Assembly (NCBI GenBank): GCA_020445605.1
Contig: JAGRGH010000054.1
Span: 18,705-82,704 of the forward strand
DNA: 64,000 bases
Direction: 5' to 3'
Source: Chromatiales bacterium
GTDB lineage: Bacteria; Pseudomonadota; Gammaproteobacteria; JAGRGH01
Below the pieces are notes generated by a model, which made no database searches, was not told the DNA's origin, and saw nothing but the letters and a program-made list of their open reading frames with translations. Positions within the stretch are counted from its first letter, which is position 1; every line of letters begins with the position of its first letter. Shown here one piece after another: positions 52,844-62,884 of the stretch. A program made the position numbers and the translations under genes.

Positions 52844-54106
52844 GTGCAAATCACACAACCCCTGATGGGTCTGGCCGGGCTCGTGCTGCTTGCGTGGCTG
52901 CTCGGGCCGCGTCGTGAGGCGCCGGGCTGGCGCCTGCTTGCCGCAGGCATTGGCATGCAGTTCGTGCTGGCACTCCTGCTGTTGAAGGTGCCGGCCTTTC
53001 AGTCGGCCCTCGGTTCGATCAACAGGCTCGTCCAAGACGTCGTGGATGCGACACAGGCCGGCGTGCGATTCGTGTTTGGTTATCTCGGCGGCGGTACGCA
53101 GCCGTTCGAGCTGTCGAACGTCGGTTCGACCTTCATCCTCGCGATCCAGGCAATGCCGCTGATCCTGGTCATGAGTGCGCTCTCGGCGCTGCTGTTTCAC
53201 TGGCGGGTGTTGCCGGTGATCGTGCGTGGATTTGCATGGATGCTGCGGCGGTTGATGCGTGTAGACGGCCCGCTCGGGCTCGGCACCGCCGCGAATGTCT
53301 TCGTCGGAATGGTCGAAGCGCCGCTGCTGGTGCGTCCGCATCTGCGCACGATGAGCCGCGCCGATCTGTTCGCGCTCATGGTTGCCGGCATGGCGACCAT
53401 CGCGGGTACCGTGATGGCGCTGTATGCGAGCGTGCTGAATCCCGTTTTGCCGGGCGCGCTCGGACACCTGCTGACTGCTTCGCTGATTTCCGCGCCCGCG
53501 GCGATCCTGATCGCGCGGATTATGCAACCGCCGTCGCTGGCCGCGGGTGAACACCCTGTCACCGTTGCCGACGACGCACCGGGCGACGACTCACCGCGCA
53601 GCGCCATGGACGCGATCGCGCGCGGCACGGTCGACGGCCTGCGTCTGCTTGCGCATGTCGTGGCCATGCTGTTGGTGCTGGTTGCGCTGGTGACACTGGC
53701 CAACCAGCTGCTCGGCTGGCTGCCGGAGGTCGGTGGCGCCCGGTTGAGCCTGGAGCGAATGCTCGGCTGGCTCATGGCGCCGCTGGCGTGGATGATCGGC
53801 ATTCCCTGGGCCGAGGCCCAGGCCGCCGGCAGCCTGCTGGGTATCAAGACGGTGTTGAATGAATTGCTGGCCTACCTGCAGCTGGCGGGGGAGGGCGGGG
53901 CGGGTCTATCCGGGCGCAGCCGGCTGATCCTGACCTATGCGCTGAGCGGATTCGCGAACCTCGGCAGCCTCGGCATCATGCTCGGCGGGCTGGGCGCAAT
54001 GGTGCCCGAACGCCGCGCGGAGATCGTTGCGCTGGGCATGCGCTCGGTCGCGGCCGGCACGCTGGCGAGCCTCTGCACCGGGGCGGTTGTGGCCGTGTTG
54101 GCCTGA
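52844..54106 (+). CDS. nupC: NupC/CNT-family concentrative nucleoside transporter
   Basis: CNT family features (N-terminal Nucleos_tra2_N-like helices, FVFGYLGG, C-terminal GFANLGSLGIMLGGL). GTG start. Confidence 0.8.
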   Translation: MQITQPLMGLAGLVLLAWLLGPRREAPGWRLLAAGIGMQFVLALLLLKVPAFQSALGSINRLVQDVVDATQAGVRFVFGYLGGGTQPFELSNVGSTFILAIQAMPLILVMSALSALLFHWRVLPVIVRGFAWMLRRLMRVDGPLGLGTAANVFVGMVEAPLLVRPHLRTMSRADLFALMVAGMATIAGTVMALYASVLNPVLPGALGHLLTASLISAPAAILIARIMQPPSLAAGEHPVTVADDAPGDDSPRSAMDAIARGTVDGLRLLAHVVAMLLVLVALVTLANQLLGWLPEVGGARLSLERMLGWLMAPLAWMIGIPWAEAQAAGSLLGIKTVLNELLAYLQLAGEGGAGLSGRSRLILTYALSGFANLGSLGIMLGGLGAMVPERRAEIVALGMRSVAAGTLASLCTGAVVAVLA

Positions 54107-54228
54107 GGCCGAATCAGGGAGTCGACGTTCGTCCGGGGGGGGGCGGAACTGGCAATTTCTGTAATTATGGATTATGAATATACCTCCAGAGCGCGGTTGA
54201 GCCCGGCCCCGCGACTGCACCGGAACCG

Positions 54229-54906
54229 ATGATCGAACCCCTTGCCCAGCGCCCGTTGTATCTCGATGTCGCCGACCGCGTGCGCGAGCTCATCTATCGC
54301 GCGGAACTCAAGCCGGGCGACTGGATCGACGAGCCGGTCCTGTGCGCGCAGCTCGGTATCAGCCGCACGCCGTTGCGCGAGGCGCTGAAGGTGCTGCATG
54401 CGGAGAACCTCGTGGAACTCGTGCCGCGCCGCGGCTGCCGCGTGAATGCGCTCGACGACGAGGCCCTGCTGGAGCTGTTTCCGGTCATGGCGAGTCTCGA
54501 GGCCCTGTGTGCCCGATTCGCCACGCAAAAGCTGCGACCCGCGGAGCTGAAGCGCCTCGAGCGCATCCATGCCCGCCTGGAGGAGTTCGCCGAGGCCCAG
54601 GATGTCGATCGTTACTACGAGGCCAATCGCGAGTTCCATCGGGCGATTCAGGATCTCGCCGCGAACCGCTGGCTGCATCGCATCACCGGCGAACTGCGCA
54701 ACGTGCTGGTGTTGGCACGGCATCGGCAGCTGACCATGCCCGGTCGGCTGAACGCCTCGCTTGCCGAACATCGCGAACTGATGCGCGCGCTGCGGATCGG
54801 CGATGCCGATGCCGCCTACCGTGCCATGCATGAGCATCTGTGTCGTCAGGAACGCGCCCTGCGGGCCGCACCGGATGACAGTCCGCGCACGGTGGCGCGG
54901 GCCTGA
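54229..54906 (+). CDS. GntR-family (FadR/FCD subfamily) transcriptional regulator, probable malonate-cluster regulator
   Basis: N-terminal wHTH (EPVLCAQLGISRTPLREALKVL) plus FCD C-terminal domain. Lies at the head of the TRAP/matA/matB cluster; MatR in Rhizobium is a GntR regulator. Confidence 0.85.
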   Translation: MIEPLAQRPLYLDVADRVRELIYRAELKPGDWIDEPVLCAQLGISRTPLREALKVLHAENLVELVPRRGCRVNALDDEALLELFPVMASLEALCARFATQKLRPAELKRLERIHARLEEFAEAQDVDRYYEANREFHRAIQDLAANRWLHRITGELRNVLVLARHRQLTMPGRLNASLAEHRELMRALRIGDADAAYRAMHEHLCRQERALRAAPDDSPRTVARA

Positions 54907-54996
54907 GGCAGCGGAGACGTTCCGTGACGAATTGATTGTCGACCACCAATAATCGTGACGATGCCAATCGTCGCGCACAACCCCGAGGAGTGAATC

Positions 54997-55995
54997 ATGA
55001 TCAAGCTGAAGAAACTGGCCGTTGCGGCGGCCACGGTCGTGGTGCTGGGTAGTTCCGGTTCGGCGAACGCCCTTGAACTGCGTGCCTCGCATCAATGGCC
55101 GGGCGGTACCGGCGATATCCGCGACGAGATGGTCCAGATCATCGCGCGGCACATGTCGGCCAACAGCACCGGCGTTGACATCAAGGTGTACCCCGGCGCC
55201 AGTCTGTTCAAACCGAAGGAGCAATGGGGCGCGATGACCAAGGGTCAGCTCGACATCACCGCCTTTCCGCTGGACTATGCCGGCGGCCGACACCCCGAGT
55301 TCAACCTGACGCTGATGCCTGGTCTGGTCAAGAACCACGACCACGCAGCGCGCCTGAACAGCTCGGCGTTCATGCGCAAGATCAAGGCGATCATGGAAGA
55401 GCAGGGCGTCATGGTGCTGGCCGACACCTGGCTCGCCGGTGGTTTCGTGTCGAAGAAGAACTGCATTCTCGAACCGGACGACGTCAAGGGGCAGAAGTTC
55501 CGCGCCGCCGGCAAGGCCTTTGACCAGATGCTCGCCGCAGCCGGCGCGACCATCTCGTCGATGCCGTCGTCGGAAATCTACACCGGCCTGCAGACCGGGG
55601 TGCTCGATGGCGCCAATACTTCGTCCGAATCGCTCGTTTCCTACCGGCTGTACGAGCAGGTCTCGTGCCTGACCGCACCCGGCTCAAGCGCACTGTGGGT
55701 CATGTACGAGCCGATCCTGATGGCGAAGAGCAGCTTCGCAAAGCTCTCCCCCGCGCAGCAGCTCGAGCTGATGAAGGCTGCCGGCAAGGCCGAGCAATAC
55801 GCCCTGGAACAGGCCAAGCATGCCGATACGCAATTGGTGGAGACCTTCAAGAAGGCGGGCGTGAAGGTGGTCGAGATGACCGACGAGCAGGCTGCCAAGT
55901 GGCGCAAGATCGCTGATACCTCGAGCTACAAGGCGTTTGCCGACAACGTGAAAGGCGGTCGCGAACTGCTCGACATGGCGCTGTCGGTGGAATAG
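54997..55995 (+). CDS. dctP: TRAP transporter solute-binding protein DctP family
   Basis: Signal peptide and DctP fold (ELRASHQWP...); GAGGAG RBS upstream. Confidence 0.9.
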   Translation: MIKLKKLAVAAATVVVLGSSGSANALELRASHQWPGGTGDIRDEMVQIIARHMSANSTGVDIKVYPGASLFKPKEQWGAMTKGQLDITAFPLDYAGGRHPEFNLTLMPGLVKNHDHAARLNSSAFMRKIKAIMEEQGVMVLADTWLAGGFVSKKNCILEPDDVKGQKFRAAGKAFDQMLAAAGATISSMPSSEIYTGLQTGVLDGANTSSESLVSYRLYEQVSCLTAPGSSALWVMYEPILMAKSSFAKLSPAQQLELMKAAGKAEQYALEQAKHADTQLVETFKKAGVKVVEMTDEQAAKWRKIADTSSYKAFADNVKGGRELLDMALSVE

Positions 55996-56069
55996 CCGTC
56001 TGCGAGGGATGCCGCTCTGCCACGCGAGCGGCATCCCGGCTGTTCAATCGAACCGCTGGATACCCGACA

Positions 56070-56609
56070 ATGAACTTCTGCATCGATGTTTACCTGAAAG
56101 CGGTTGAGGGGCTGTCGCGTCTGCTCGGTTATATCGCCGCGCTGCTCCTGATCGTTTCCGTGGTCGTCGTCTGCCAGATGGTGTTCGTACGCTTCGTGCT
56201 GAACGAGCCAACGCAGTGGCAGACCGAATTCGTGACCTACGCATTGCTGGCGTCAACCTTTATTGGCGCGCCGTGGGTGCTGCTGAAACGGGGCCATGTG
56301 TTTGTCGAGCTGGTGCCGATGATGCTTGGCGCGCGCGGACGATTCCTGATGGCCTTGCTTGCCTACGTCGTCTCCGCCGCGTTGTGCATCATGCTGACGT
56401 GGTACGGGTTCGAGTTCTGGAAAGAGGCGTGGGATGGCGGCTGGACATCGGAGAGTATCTGGGCGCCCAAGCTGTGGAAGGCCTATGCGGCGATGCCAAT
56501 TGGATTTTTCGCCATCAGCCTGCAATACATTGCGGACGTGATCTGCCTGCTGAACGGGCGCGATCACCCGTTTGGACTTGAACCCGCCACGCCCCCGGAG
56601 GTGTCCTGA
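56070..56609 (+). CDS. dctQ: TRAP transporter small permease DctQ family
   Basis: 4-TM, 179-aa protein located between dctP and dctM. Confidence 0.8.
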   Translation: MNFCIDVYLKAVEGLSRLLGYIAALLLIVSVVVVCQMVFVRFVLNEPTQWQTEFVTYALLASTFIGAPWVLLKRGHVFVELVPMMLGARGRFLMALLAYVVSAALCIMLTWYGFEFWKEAWDGGWTSESIWAPKLWKAYAAMPIGFFAISLQYIADVICLLNGRDHPFGLEPATPPEVS

Positions 56610-57925
56610 TGGACCCGTTGAGCATGGGCGGGATCGCCGCGCTGACCCTGATCGTGATGCTGTTGATCGGCATGCCGGTCGCCTTCGCGCTGGGTGCGAC
56701 GGCGGTTGTGTTTCTGCTGATCGAGAGCGGGCCCGGGAGTTTCTCGGTGCTCGCCGAGACCCTGTTCGGATCGCTCAATGAGTTTGCATTGCTGTCGATC
56801 CCGATGTTTCTGGTCATGGGTGCGGCGATCGCGGCGTCACGCGCGGGAGCTGATCTCTATGAGGCGATCGACCGCTGGCTGTACAAGGTGCCCGGTGGTC
56901 TGCTGATCTCGAACATCGGCGCCTGCGGTATCTTCGCCGCGCTGACCGGCTCGTCGCCGGCGACCTGTGCCGCGATCGGCAAGATGGGCATCCCGGAGAT
57001 GCGCAAGCGTGGCTATCCGGCGAGCCTTGCGACCGGTTCGATCGCCGCCGGCGGCACGCTGGGCATCCTCATTCCGCCGTCGATCACGATGATCGTCTAT
57101 GGCATTTCCACCGAAACCTCGATCGGCCGCCTGTTCGCGGCCGGCCTCGTGCCGGGCCTGATGTTGATCGCCCTGTTCATGGCCTGGTCACTGTTCTACG
57201 CCTACAGCAAGGGCTACCGGTTCACCGAGGCGGACAAGCATTTTTCGCTGCGTGACAAGCTGGTCATCCTGCCCAAGGTGCTGCCGTTTCTGACCATCAT
57301 CGTGCTCGTGCTGTGGGCGCTGTACGGGGGGGTCGCGACGCCGTCGGAGGCCTCGGGCGTCGGCGCCATGGTGTGCCTGTTGTTGGTCATCATCATCTAC
57401 CGCGTGTGGCAGCCGAGAAAGCTGTGGGAGATCGTCAGTTCGGCGACGCGCGAGTCTGTGATGCTGATGATGATCATCGGCATGGCGGGCCTGTTCAGCT
57501 ACATGATGTCGAGCCTGTACATCACACAGGGCATCGCGGAATACATCGCTGGGCAGGATCTGGACCCTTGGCTTCTGATGCTGTATGTGAACCTGTTTTT
57601 GCTGGTGGCCGGGTTCTTTCTACCGCCGGTCGCCGTCATTCTCATGACGGCACCAACCCTGGTGCCGATCGTGATCGCGGCCGGGTTTGATCCGATCTGG
57701 TTCGGCGTGATCCTGACGCTGAACATGGAGATCGGGCTGATCACCCCGCCGGTCGGCCTGAACCTCTATGTGATCAACGGCATCGTGCCGGATGTCAGCC
57801 TGAAGACGATTCTCATCGGCGCATTACCGTTCATGCTGTGCATGGTGCTGGGCATCGTGTTGCTGATCCTGTTCCCGAAGATTGCGCTGTGGCTGCCGGA
57901 CGTGCTGATGGGTCCGGTGCGTTAG
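56609..57925 (+). CDS. dctM: TRAP transporter large permease DctM family
   Basis: 438-aa 12-TM DctM signature (LSIPMFLVMGA..., GSIAAGGTLGILIPPS). ATG overlaps the dctQ stop. Confidence 0.9.
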   Translation: MDPLSMGGIAALTLIVMLLIGMPVAFALGATAVVFLLIESGPGSFSVLAETLFGSLNEFALLSIPMFLVMGAAIAASRAGADLYEAIDRWLYKVPGGLLISNIGACGIFAALTGSSPATCAAIGKMGIPEMRKRGYPASLATGSIAAGGTLGILIPPSITMIVYGISTETSIGRLFAAGLVPGLMLIALFMAWSLFYAYSKGYRFTEADKHFSLRDKLVILPKVLPFLTIIVLVLWALYGGVATPSEASGVGAMVCLLLVIIIYRVWQPRKLWEIVSSATRESVMLMMIIGMAGLFSYMMSSLYITQGIAEYIAGQDLDPWLLMLYVNLFLLVAGFFLPPVAVILMTAPTLVPIVIAAGFDPIWFGVILTLNMEIGLITPPVGLNLYVINGIVPDVSLKTILIGALPFMLCMVLGIVLLILFPKIALWLPDVLMGPVR

Positions 57926-57946
57926 TTGCGCGATGCGCCCAAGTCC

Positions 57947-58657
57947 ATGTCGCCACGGGCATTGCTCTTCGATGTGTTCGGCACCTGTGTGGACTGGTAC
58001 GGCGGCGTGTCACGCGCGGTTGCTGCTGCGTTCGCCGCAGATGGCCTTGTCGCGGATGCGGCGAGCTTCACGCTGGCCTGGCGCAGGGCGTATTTCGACG
58101 GCATGGCCGAGGTGCGCGCCGGCCGCGCACCGTGGCGCCGCATCGACTCGATTCACCGCGATGCGCTTGATGCACTCATCGCGGAGAACCGTCTGGATGC
58201 GCTCTCCGCAGGTGATCGTGAGCGGCTTGCCCGCGCGTGGCACGCACTGGACCCGTGGCCGGACGTCGGTGAAGGGCTTGCGCGAGTCCGCGCACACCGA
58301 TGGGTTGCGACCCTGTCGAACGGCAACCTGGATCTGCTCATCGACCTCGCGCGGCACGGTGGGCTTGCCTGGGATGCGCTGTTCTGCTCCGACCTGTTCG
58401 GCTGTTTCAAGCCCGATCCGCGAACCTATCTCGGCGCGTGCCGGCTCATGGGGCTTGAGCCCGGGCAGGTCATGATGGTGGCCTGCCATCGTTCGGATCT
58501 CGACGCCGCGGCGCGATCCGGTCTGCGTACGGTATTCGTTGCGCGACCCATGGAATACGGCGGTAAAACCCAGGCCGATTGCGCGAACGAAGGTGAATTC
58601 GATCTCGTCGTGGCTGGGTTCACGGAACTTGCCGCGCGTCTGGAGACGATGCAGTGA
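57947..58657 (+). CDS. HAD-superfamily hydrolase, (S)-2-haloacid-dehalogenase-like
   Basis: ALLFDVFGTCVDW (motif I, nucleophile Asp), SNGN, and C-terminal D-containing motifs. Confidence 0.65.
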   Translation: MSPRALLFDVFGTCVDWYGGVSRAVAAAFAADGLVADAASFTLAWRRAYFDGMAEVRAGRAPWRRIDSIHRDALDALIAENRLDALSAGDRERLARAWHALDPWPDVGEGLARVRAHRWVATLSNGNLDLLIDLARHGGLAWDALFCSDLFGCFKPDPRTYLGACRLMGLEPGQVMMVACHRSDLDAAARSGLRTVFVARPMEYGGKTQADCANEGEFDLVVAGFTELAARLETMQ

Positions 58658-60060
58658 GTGCGCGTGGCTGGTTCGAGCGCCTGCTCGACACCGTGGCCGA
58701 TCATGGCCGCGATCTGATTGGCCTGCGCGATCCTGACGAACGCGATGCGCCGTCGAATGCCGAGCTGTGCCACCGACTGGTCGACGGTGTGGGCGAGGCA
58801 TCGAATATCGCGCTGGCGCGCGAAATCCTTCAGCGCTGGACGGGCATGGACGAGGTCGGGCGGCGTGAGTTCGTCAATCTGCTCGCGGTCGAGTTCGATC
58901 CGGATCCGGACGCCATCGTCCGCGCGGCGGGTGCGTACCGTGCGCGCGATCCCGAGCGCCTGCGCGAGCTGCTCGAAGCGACCGAGCCACCGCGCCAGGA
59001 ACTGTTCCGGCGCCTGAACATGGCGCCGGGCGGCACCAAGGTTCTCGTCGACATGCGATCCTTCCTGCTGGGTGAACTGCGCGAACATCCGGAGTTCCGC
59101 AACGTCGATGCCGATCTTCAGCATCTGCTGGGATCGTGGTTCAACCGTGGCTTTCTGCGTCTAGAGCGCATCGACTGGAATTCGCCTGCGGAGATACTGG
59201 AGCAGCTCATTCGCTACGAGGCCGTGCACCCGATGCGCGGCTGGGACGACCTGCGTCGCCGGCTCGCTGCGGACCGCAGGTGTTTCGCATTTTTTCACCC
59301 CGCGCTCGCGCAGACACCGCTGATCTTCGTCGAGGTTGCGCTGACCAGGGGCGTCAGTGCTTCGATCGCGCCGCTGATCGATCCGCAGGCGCCGATTGCC
59401 GATCCCGCGATTGCCGACACCGCCGTGTTCTATTCCATCAACAACGCGCTGACGGGCCTGCGCGGCGTGAGCTTCGGCAACTTCCTGATCAAGCAGGTCG
59501 TCACGGAACTCGGCGCCGAGTTTCCGGACATCGATACATTCGTGACCCTGTCACCGGTCCCCCGCATGCGCAGCGCGCTCGGCGAGTTGCTTGGACAGGA
59601 CTCTGCCACCGCGGATGAATTGCGCCTGCTGCTGGCCCGGCACCAGGCGGCGCTCCGGGAAGCCAGCGCCTGTGACCAGCCGCTCGCGGCGCTGGACCGG
59701 TTGCTGGAGCGAGACCTGCCAAGGGAATTGACCGGATTCGTCGGCGCGGTGCTGCGCGAGCTTGCGCTGTTCTACCTCCTGCGCATGAAGCGCCGCGCTC
59801 ATGCCGTGGACCCGGTGGCGAATTTTCACCTCTCCAACGGCGCGCGACTGGAACGCATCAATACCGTCGCGAACCCCTCTGAACGCGGCCGGCGCGAGTC
59901 CTGGGGCTGCATGGTCAATTACCGTTACGACGGCGCCACTGTGGTCGAGAATCACGAGGCCTACGTCGGCGAAGGAAAGATCGCGCTGTCAAAGGAACTG
60001 GATCGCCTGAATCGACAGCTCGCAAGTGTCCTGACACGTGAAGCCTCGGAGGTGCACTGA
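58654..60060 (+). CDS. matA: Malonyl-CoA decarboxylase
   Basis: VFYSINNALTGLRGVSFGNFLIKQVVTELGAEFPDIDTFVTLSPVP closely matches the MCD catalytic region (compare human MLYCD [29 protein letters not shown]...LSPIP). GTG start overlaps the HAD stop. Confidence 0.85.
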   Translation: MSARGWFERLLDTVADHGRDLIGLRDPDERDAPSNAELCHRLVDGVGEASNIALAREILQRWTGMDEVGRREFVNLLAVEFDPDPDAIVRAAGAYRARDPERLRELLEATEPPRQELFRRLNMAPGGTKVLVDMRSFLLGELREHPEFRNVDADLQHLLGSWFNRGFLRLERIDWNSPAEILEQLIRYEAVHPMRGWDDLRRRLAADRRCFAFFHPALAQTPLIFVEVALTRGVSASIAPLIDPQAPIADPAIADTAVFYSINNALTGLRGVSFGNFLIKQVVTELGAEFPDIDTFVTLSPVPRMRSALGELLGQDSATADELRLLLARHQAALREASACDQPLAALDRLLERDLPRELTGFVGAVLRELALFYLLRMKRRAHAVDPVANFHLSNGARLERINTVANPSERGRRESWGCMVNYRYDGATVVENHEAYVGEGKIALSKELDRLNRQLASVLTREASEVH

Positions 60061-60081
60061 CATGGGCCCCTGGCAACCGAC

Positions 60082-60879
60082 ATGCAACTGCTGACGCTGT
60101 TGGCAGCGGGCGCGGCGGCTGGCACCGCGGCAGGCCTGCTCGGCATCGGTGGCGGGGTCATCATCGTGCCCGTGCTGTCGCTGGTGTTTGCGGCCGAGGG
60201 CGTCGATCCGGCGATCCTCATCAAGGTCGCCGTCGGTACTTCGCTGGCGACCATCGTCGTCACGGCCATTTCATCGGTGTGGGCGCACCACCGCCGCGGC
60301 GCCGTGCGCTGGAACCTGGTCAGGGTCATGACGCCGGGCGTGGTCGTCGGTTCGCTGTTCGGTGCCTGGCTCGCCGACCTTGTTCCCGCCTACTGGCTGA
60401 CCATTGCGTTCATCGTTTTTCTCGTCGGCGTTGCGCTGCAGATGGCCTGGGGACCGGTCCGCGCGCACGGCGAACTGCCCGGGCCGATGCGCCTGCGTGG
60501 CGTGTCCGCCGTCGTCGGTTCGATCTCCGCGTTGATGGGTATCGGCGGCGGCGCCCTGCATGTGCCATACCTGAGCTGGCATGGCGTGCCGGTCAAACAG
60601 GCGATCGCGACCGCCGCATCCATCGGCTTTCCGCTGGCGCTGGCCTCGAGCATCGGCTTCGTGCTGACCGGACTAGACGAACCAAACCTGCCGCCGCACA
60701 GTCTCGGCTACATCAACCTGCCGGCGTTTGCCGGCGTGGTGACCGCGAGCATTCTGTTCGCGCCGCTCGGTGCGCGACTGGCGCATCGCTTGCCGGACAA
60801 GGTGCTGAAGCGCTCGTTTGCGGTGTTCCTGTTCATTCTGGCCATGCGCATGGCCTACGACTTCGTGCTCAAACCATGA
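60082..60879 (+). CDS. TauE/SafE-family anion exporter-like membrane protein
   Basis: LGIGGGVIIVPVL ... MGIGGGALHVPYL: duplicated 4-TM TauE/SafE signature. Confidence 0.8.
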   Translation: MQLLTLLAAGAAAGTAAGLLGIGGGVIIVPVLSLVFAAEGVDPAILIKVAVGTSLATIVVTAISSVWAHHRRGAVRWNLVRVMTPGVVVGSLFGAWLADLVPAYWLTIAFIVFLVGVALQMAWGPVRAHGELPGPMRLRGVSAVVGSISALMGIGGGALHVPYLSWHGVPVKQAIATAASIGFPLALASSIGFVLTGLDEPNLPPHSLGYINLPAFAGVVTASILFAPLGARLAHRLPDKVLKRSFAVFLFILAMRMAYDFVLKP

Positions 60880-62399
60880 ACGACGAAAACCTTTACCTGC
60901 GTTTTGCGCGCGAGCGCTTCGCGCATGGCGGCGACCGCGACTTTCTGATGTCGCCCGGTCGCAGCGCGCTGCGCTATGCCGAACTCGATGCGGTGACCGG
61001 CCGCATGCAAAGCCGTCTATGCGATCTCGGTGTGCTGCCCGGTGACCGGGTGATGGTGCAGGCCGGAAAGTCCGCCGAGGCCGTGGTGTTGTATCTCGCC
61101 TGTCTGCGCGCCGGGGCGATCTACATTCCGCTGAACACGGCGTATACCGCGGCGGAGATCGAATATTTCATGGCCGACGCCGAACCACGGCTGTTCGTAT
61201 GCCAGCCAGAGACCGAACCCGGACTCGCAGCCGTGGCGAAACGCGTCGGCGTGCCGCATCTGCGCACGCTCGGCATGGCCGGTGACGGCAGCCTGCTGAA
61301 CGCGCTGGATGCGCTCGATCCGCAACCTGCCGTGGTGCCGCGCGCTGGCGATGATCTGGCCGCGATTCTCTATACGTCGGGCACGACCGGTCGATCCAAG
61401 GGCGCGATGCTCAGTCACGCAAATCTGCAGTCGAACGCCGAGGCGCTGTACGAGTACTGGCAATGGCGCGATGACGATGTGCTGCTGCACGCATTGCCGA
61501 TCTTCCACGTGCACGGGCTGTTCGTCGCCCTGCACTGCGCGCTGCTGGGTGCCTCGCCGGTACATTTTCTGCCGCGGTTCGATCCGGCCGAAGTCATCGC
61601 GCGGTTGCCACGCAGCACGGTGATGATGGGCGTGCCGACGTTCTACACACGATTGCTCGCAACGTCGGCGTTCACCGCCGATGTGTGTGCAGGCATGCGC
61701 CTTTTCATCGCGGGTTCCGCGCCGCTGCTTGCCGAGACCCACCGTGAGTTCGAGGCACGCACCGGCCATCGCATCCTCGAACGTTACGGCATGACCGAGG
61801 CGGGCATGATCACCTCGAACCCGTACGCCGGCGAGCGGCTGGCCGGCACGGTTGGTTTCGCGTTGCCGGGCGTGAGCGTGCGCATTGCCGACGAACAGGG
61901 ACGTGAAGTGCCGCGCGGGGAGACCGGTGTGCTGGAACTCACCGGTCCGAATGTATTCAAGGGCTACTGGCGCATGCCGGAGAAGACCGCCGCGGAGTTT
62001 CGCGCGGACGGCTGGTTCATCTCCGGCGATCTCGCGACCATGGATGAGTCCGGGCGGGTCAGTATCGTCGGCCGCGCGAAGGACCTGATCATCTCCGGCG
62101 GTTACAACATCTATCCGAAAGAAATCGAGGGCGAGATCGACGCGGTCCCCGGCGTGCGCGAGTCTGCCGTGGTCGGTGTGCCGCATCCGGATTTCGGTGA
62201 GGGCGTGGTGGCGGTGGTCGTGGCCGATGGCAGCCGGTCGCTTTCCGAAGCCGATATTCTCGCCCCGTTGCAGGGCCGGCTCGCGCGTTTCAAGCAGCCC
62301 AAGCGTGTGTTTCTCGTCGACGAACTGCCGCGCAACACCATGGGCAAGGTACAGAAGGCCCGGCTTCGCGAAACCTACAGGAATCTTTTCCCGTCATGA
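60876..62399 (+). CDS. matB: Malonate--CoA ligase (malonyl-CoA synthetase)
   Basis: Near co-linear with Rhizobium MatB: AILYTSGTTGRSKGAMLSHANL (AMP-binding), HALPIFHVHGLFVA, YGMTE, GPNVFKGYWRMPEKTAAEF, GYNIYPKEIE, PRNTMGKVQK. ATG overlaps the TauE stop. Confidence 0.9.
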   Translation: MNDENLYLRFARERFAHGGDRDFLMSPGRSALRYAELDAVTGRMQSRLCDLGVLPGDRVMVQAGKSAEAVVLYLACLRAGAIYIPLNTAYTAAEIEYFMADAEPRLFVCQPETEPGLAAVAKRVGVPHLRTLGMAGDGSLLNALDALDPQPAVVPRAGDDLAAILYTSGTTGRSKGAMLSHANLQSNAEALYEYWQWRDDDVLLHALPIFHVHGLFVALHCALLGASPVHFLPRFDPAEVIARLPRSTVMMGVPTFYTRLLATSAFTADVCAGMRLFIAGSAPLLAETHREFEARTGHRILERYGMTEAGMITSNPYAGERLAGTVGFALPGVSVRIADEQGREVPRGETGVLELTGPNVFKGYWRMPEKTAAEFRADGWFISGDLATMDESGRVSIVGRAKDLIISGGYNIYPKEIEGEIDAVPGVRESAVVGVPHPDFGEGVVAVVVADGSRSLSEADILAPLQGRLARFKQPKRVFLVDELPRNTMGKVQKARLRETYRNLFPS

Positions 62400-62866
62400 G
62401 CGAACATTCCGGTGAGCAGGCCGGGCCCGGCCTCATGCCGCGCGCGGTGCTCGAACAACGCATCCTGGAGGGCATTCCGCTGGCGACGGCGATGAACTTT
62501 CGCGTCATGGAACTGGACGACACTTCGATCACGGTCTGTGGCGGCGGCAACCAGAACATCAACGTACATGGCACGGCATTTGCGGGTTCGCTGTATGCCG
62601 TCTGCACGCTAGCGGCCTGGGGGCTGGTCACGGCGCGATTGCCGGAAGGCGCCAGCGTCGTCATGCAGGAAGGTGCGATCCGCTATCGCAGACCGGTGAT
62701 CGGTGACATCGTCGCGCGCTGTGAACTCGATGCCCAGACGCTCGACTCATTCGTGGATACGGTCGCCCGCACGGGTCGCGGTCGCATTCAGGCCGAGATC
62801 ATCGTGCCCGCTGAAAAAGGTCCGGCCGTTGAGTTCATGGCGACTGTCCATGCGCGCATGCCGTAA
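62396..62866 (+). CDS. Hotdog-fold thioesterase-like protein (YiiD C-terminal domain family)
   Basis: 156 aa with central GTAFAGSLYAVCTLAAWGLV typical of YiiD_C/PaaI-like hotdog domains. ATG overlaps the matB stop. Confidence 0.55.
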   Translation: MSEHSGEQAGPGLMPRAVLEQRILEGIPLATAMNFRVMELDDTSITVCGGGNQNINVHGTAFAGSLYAVCTLAAWGLVTARLPEGASVVMQEGAIRYRRPVIGDIVARCELDAQTLDSFVDTVARTGRGRIQAEIIVPAEKGPAVEFMATVHARMP

Positions 62867-62884
62867 CGTACAGGAACGCAGAAC

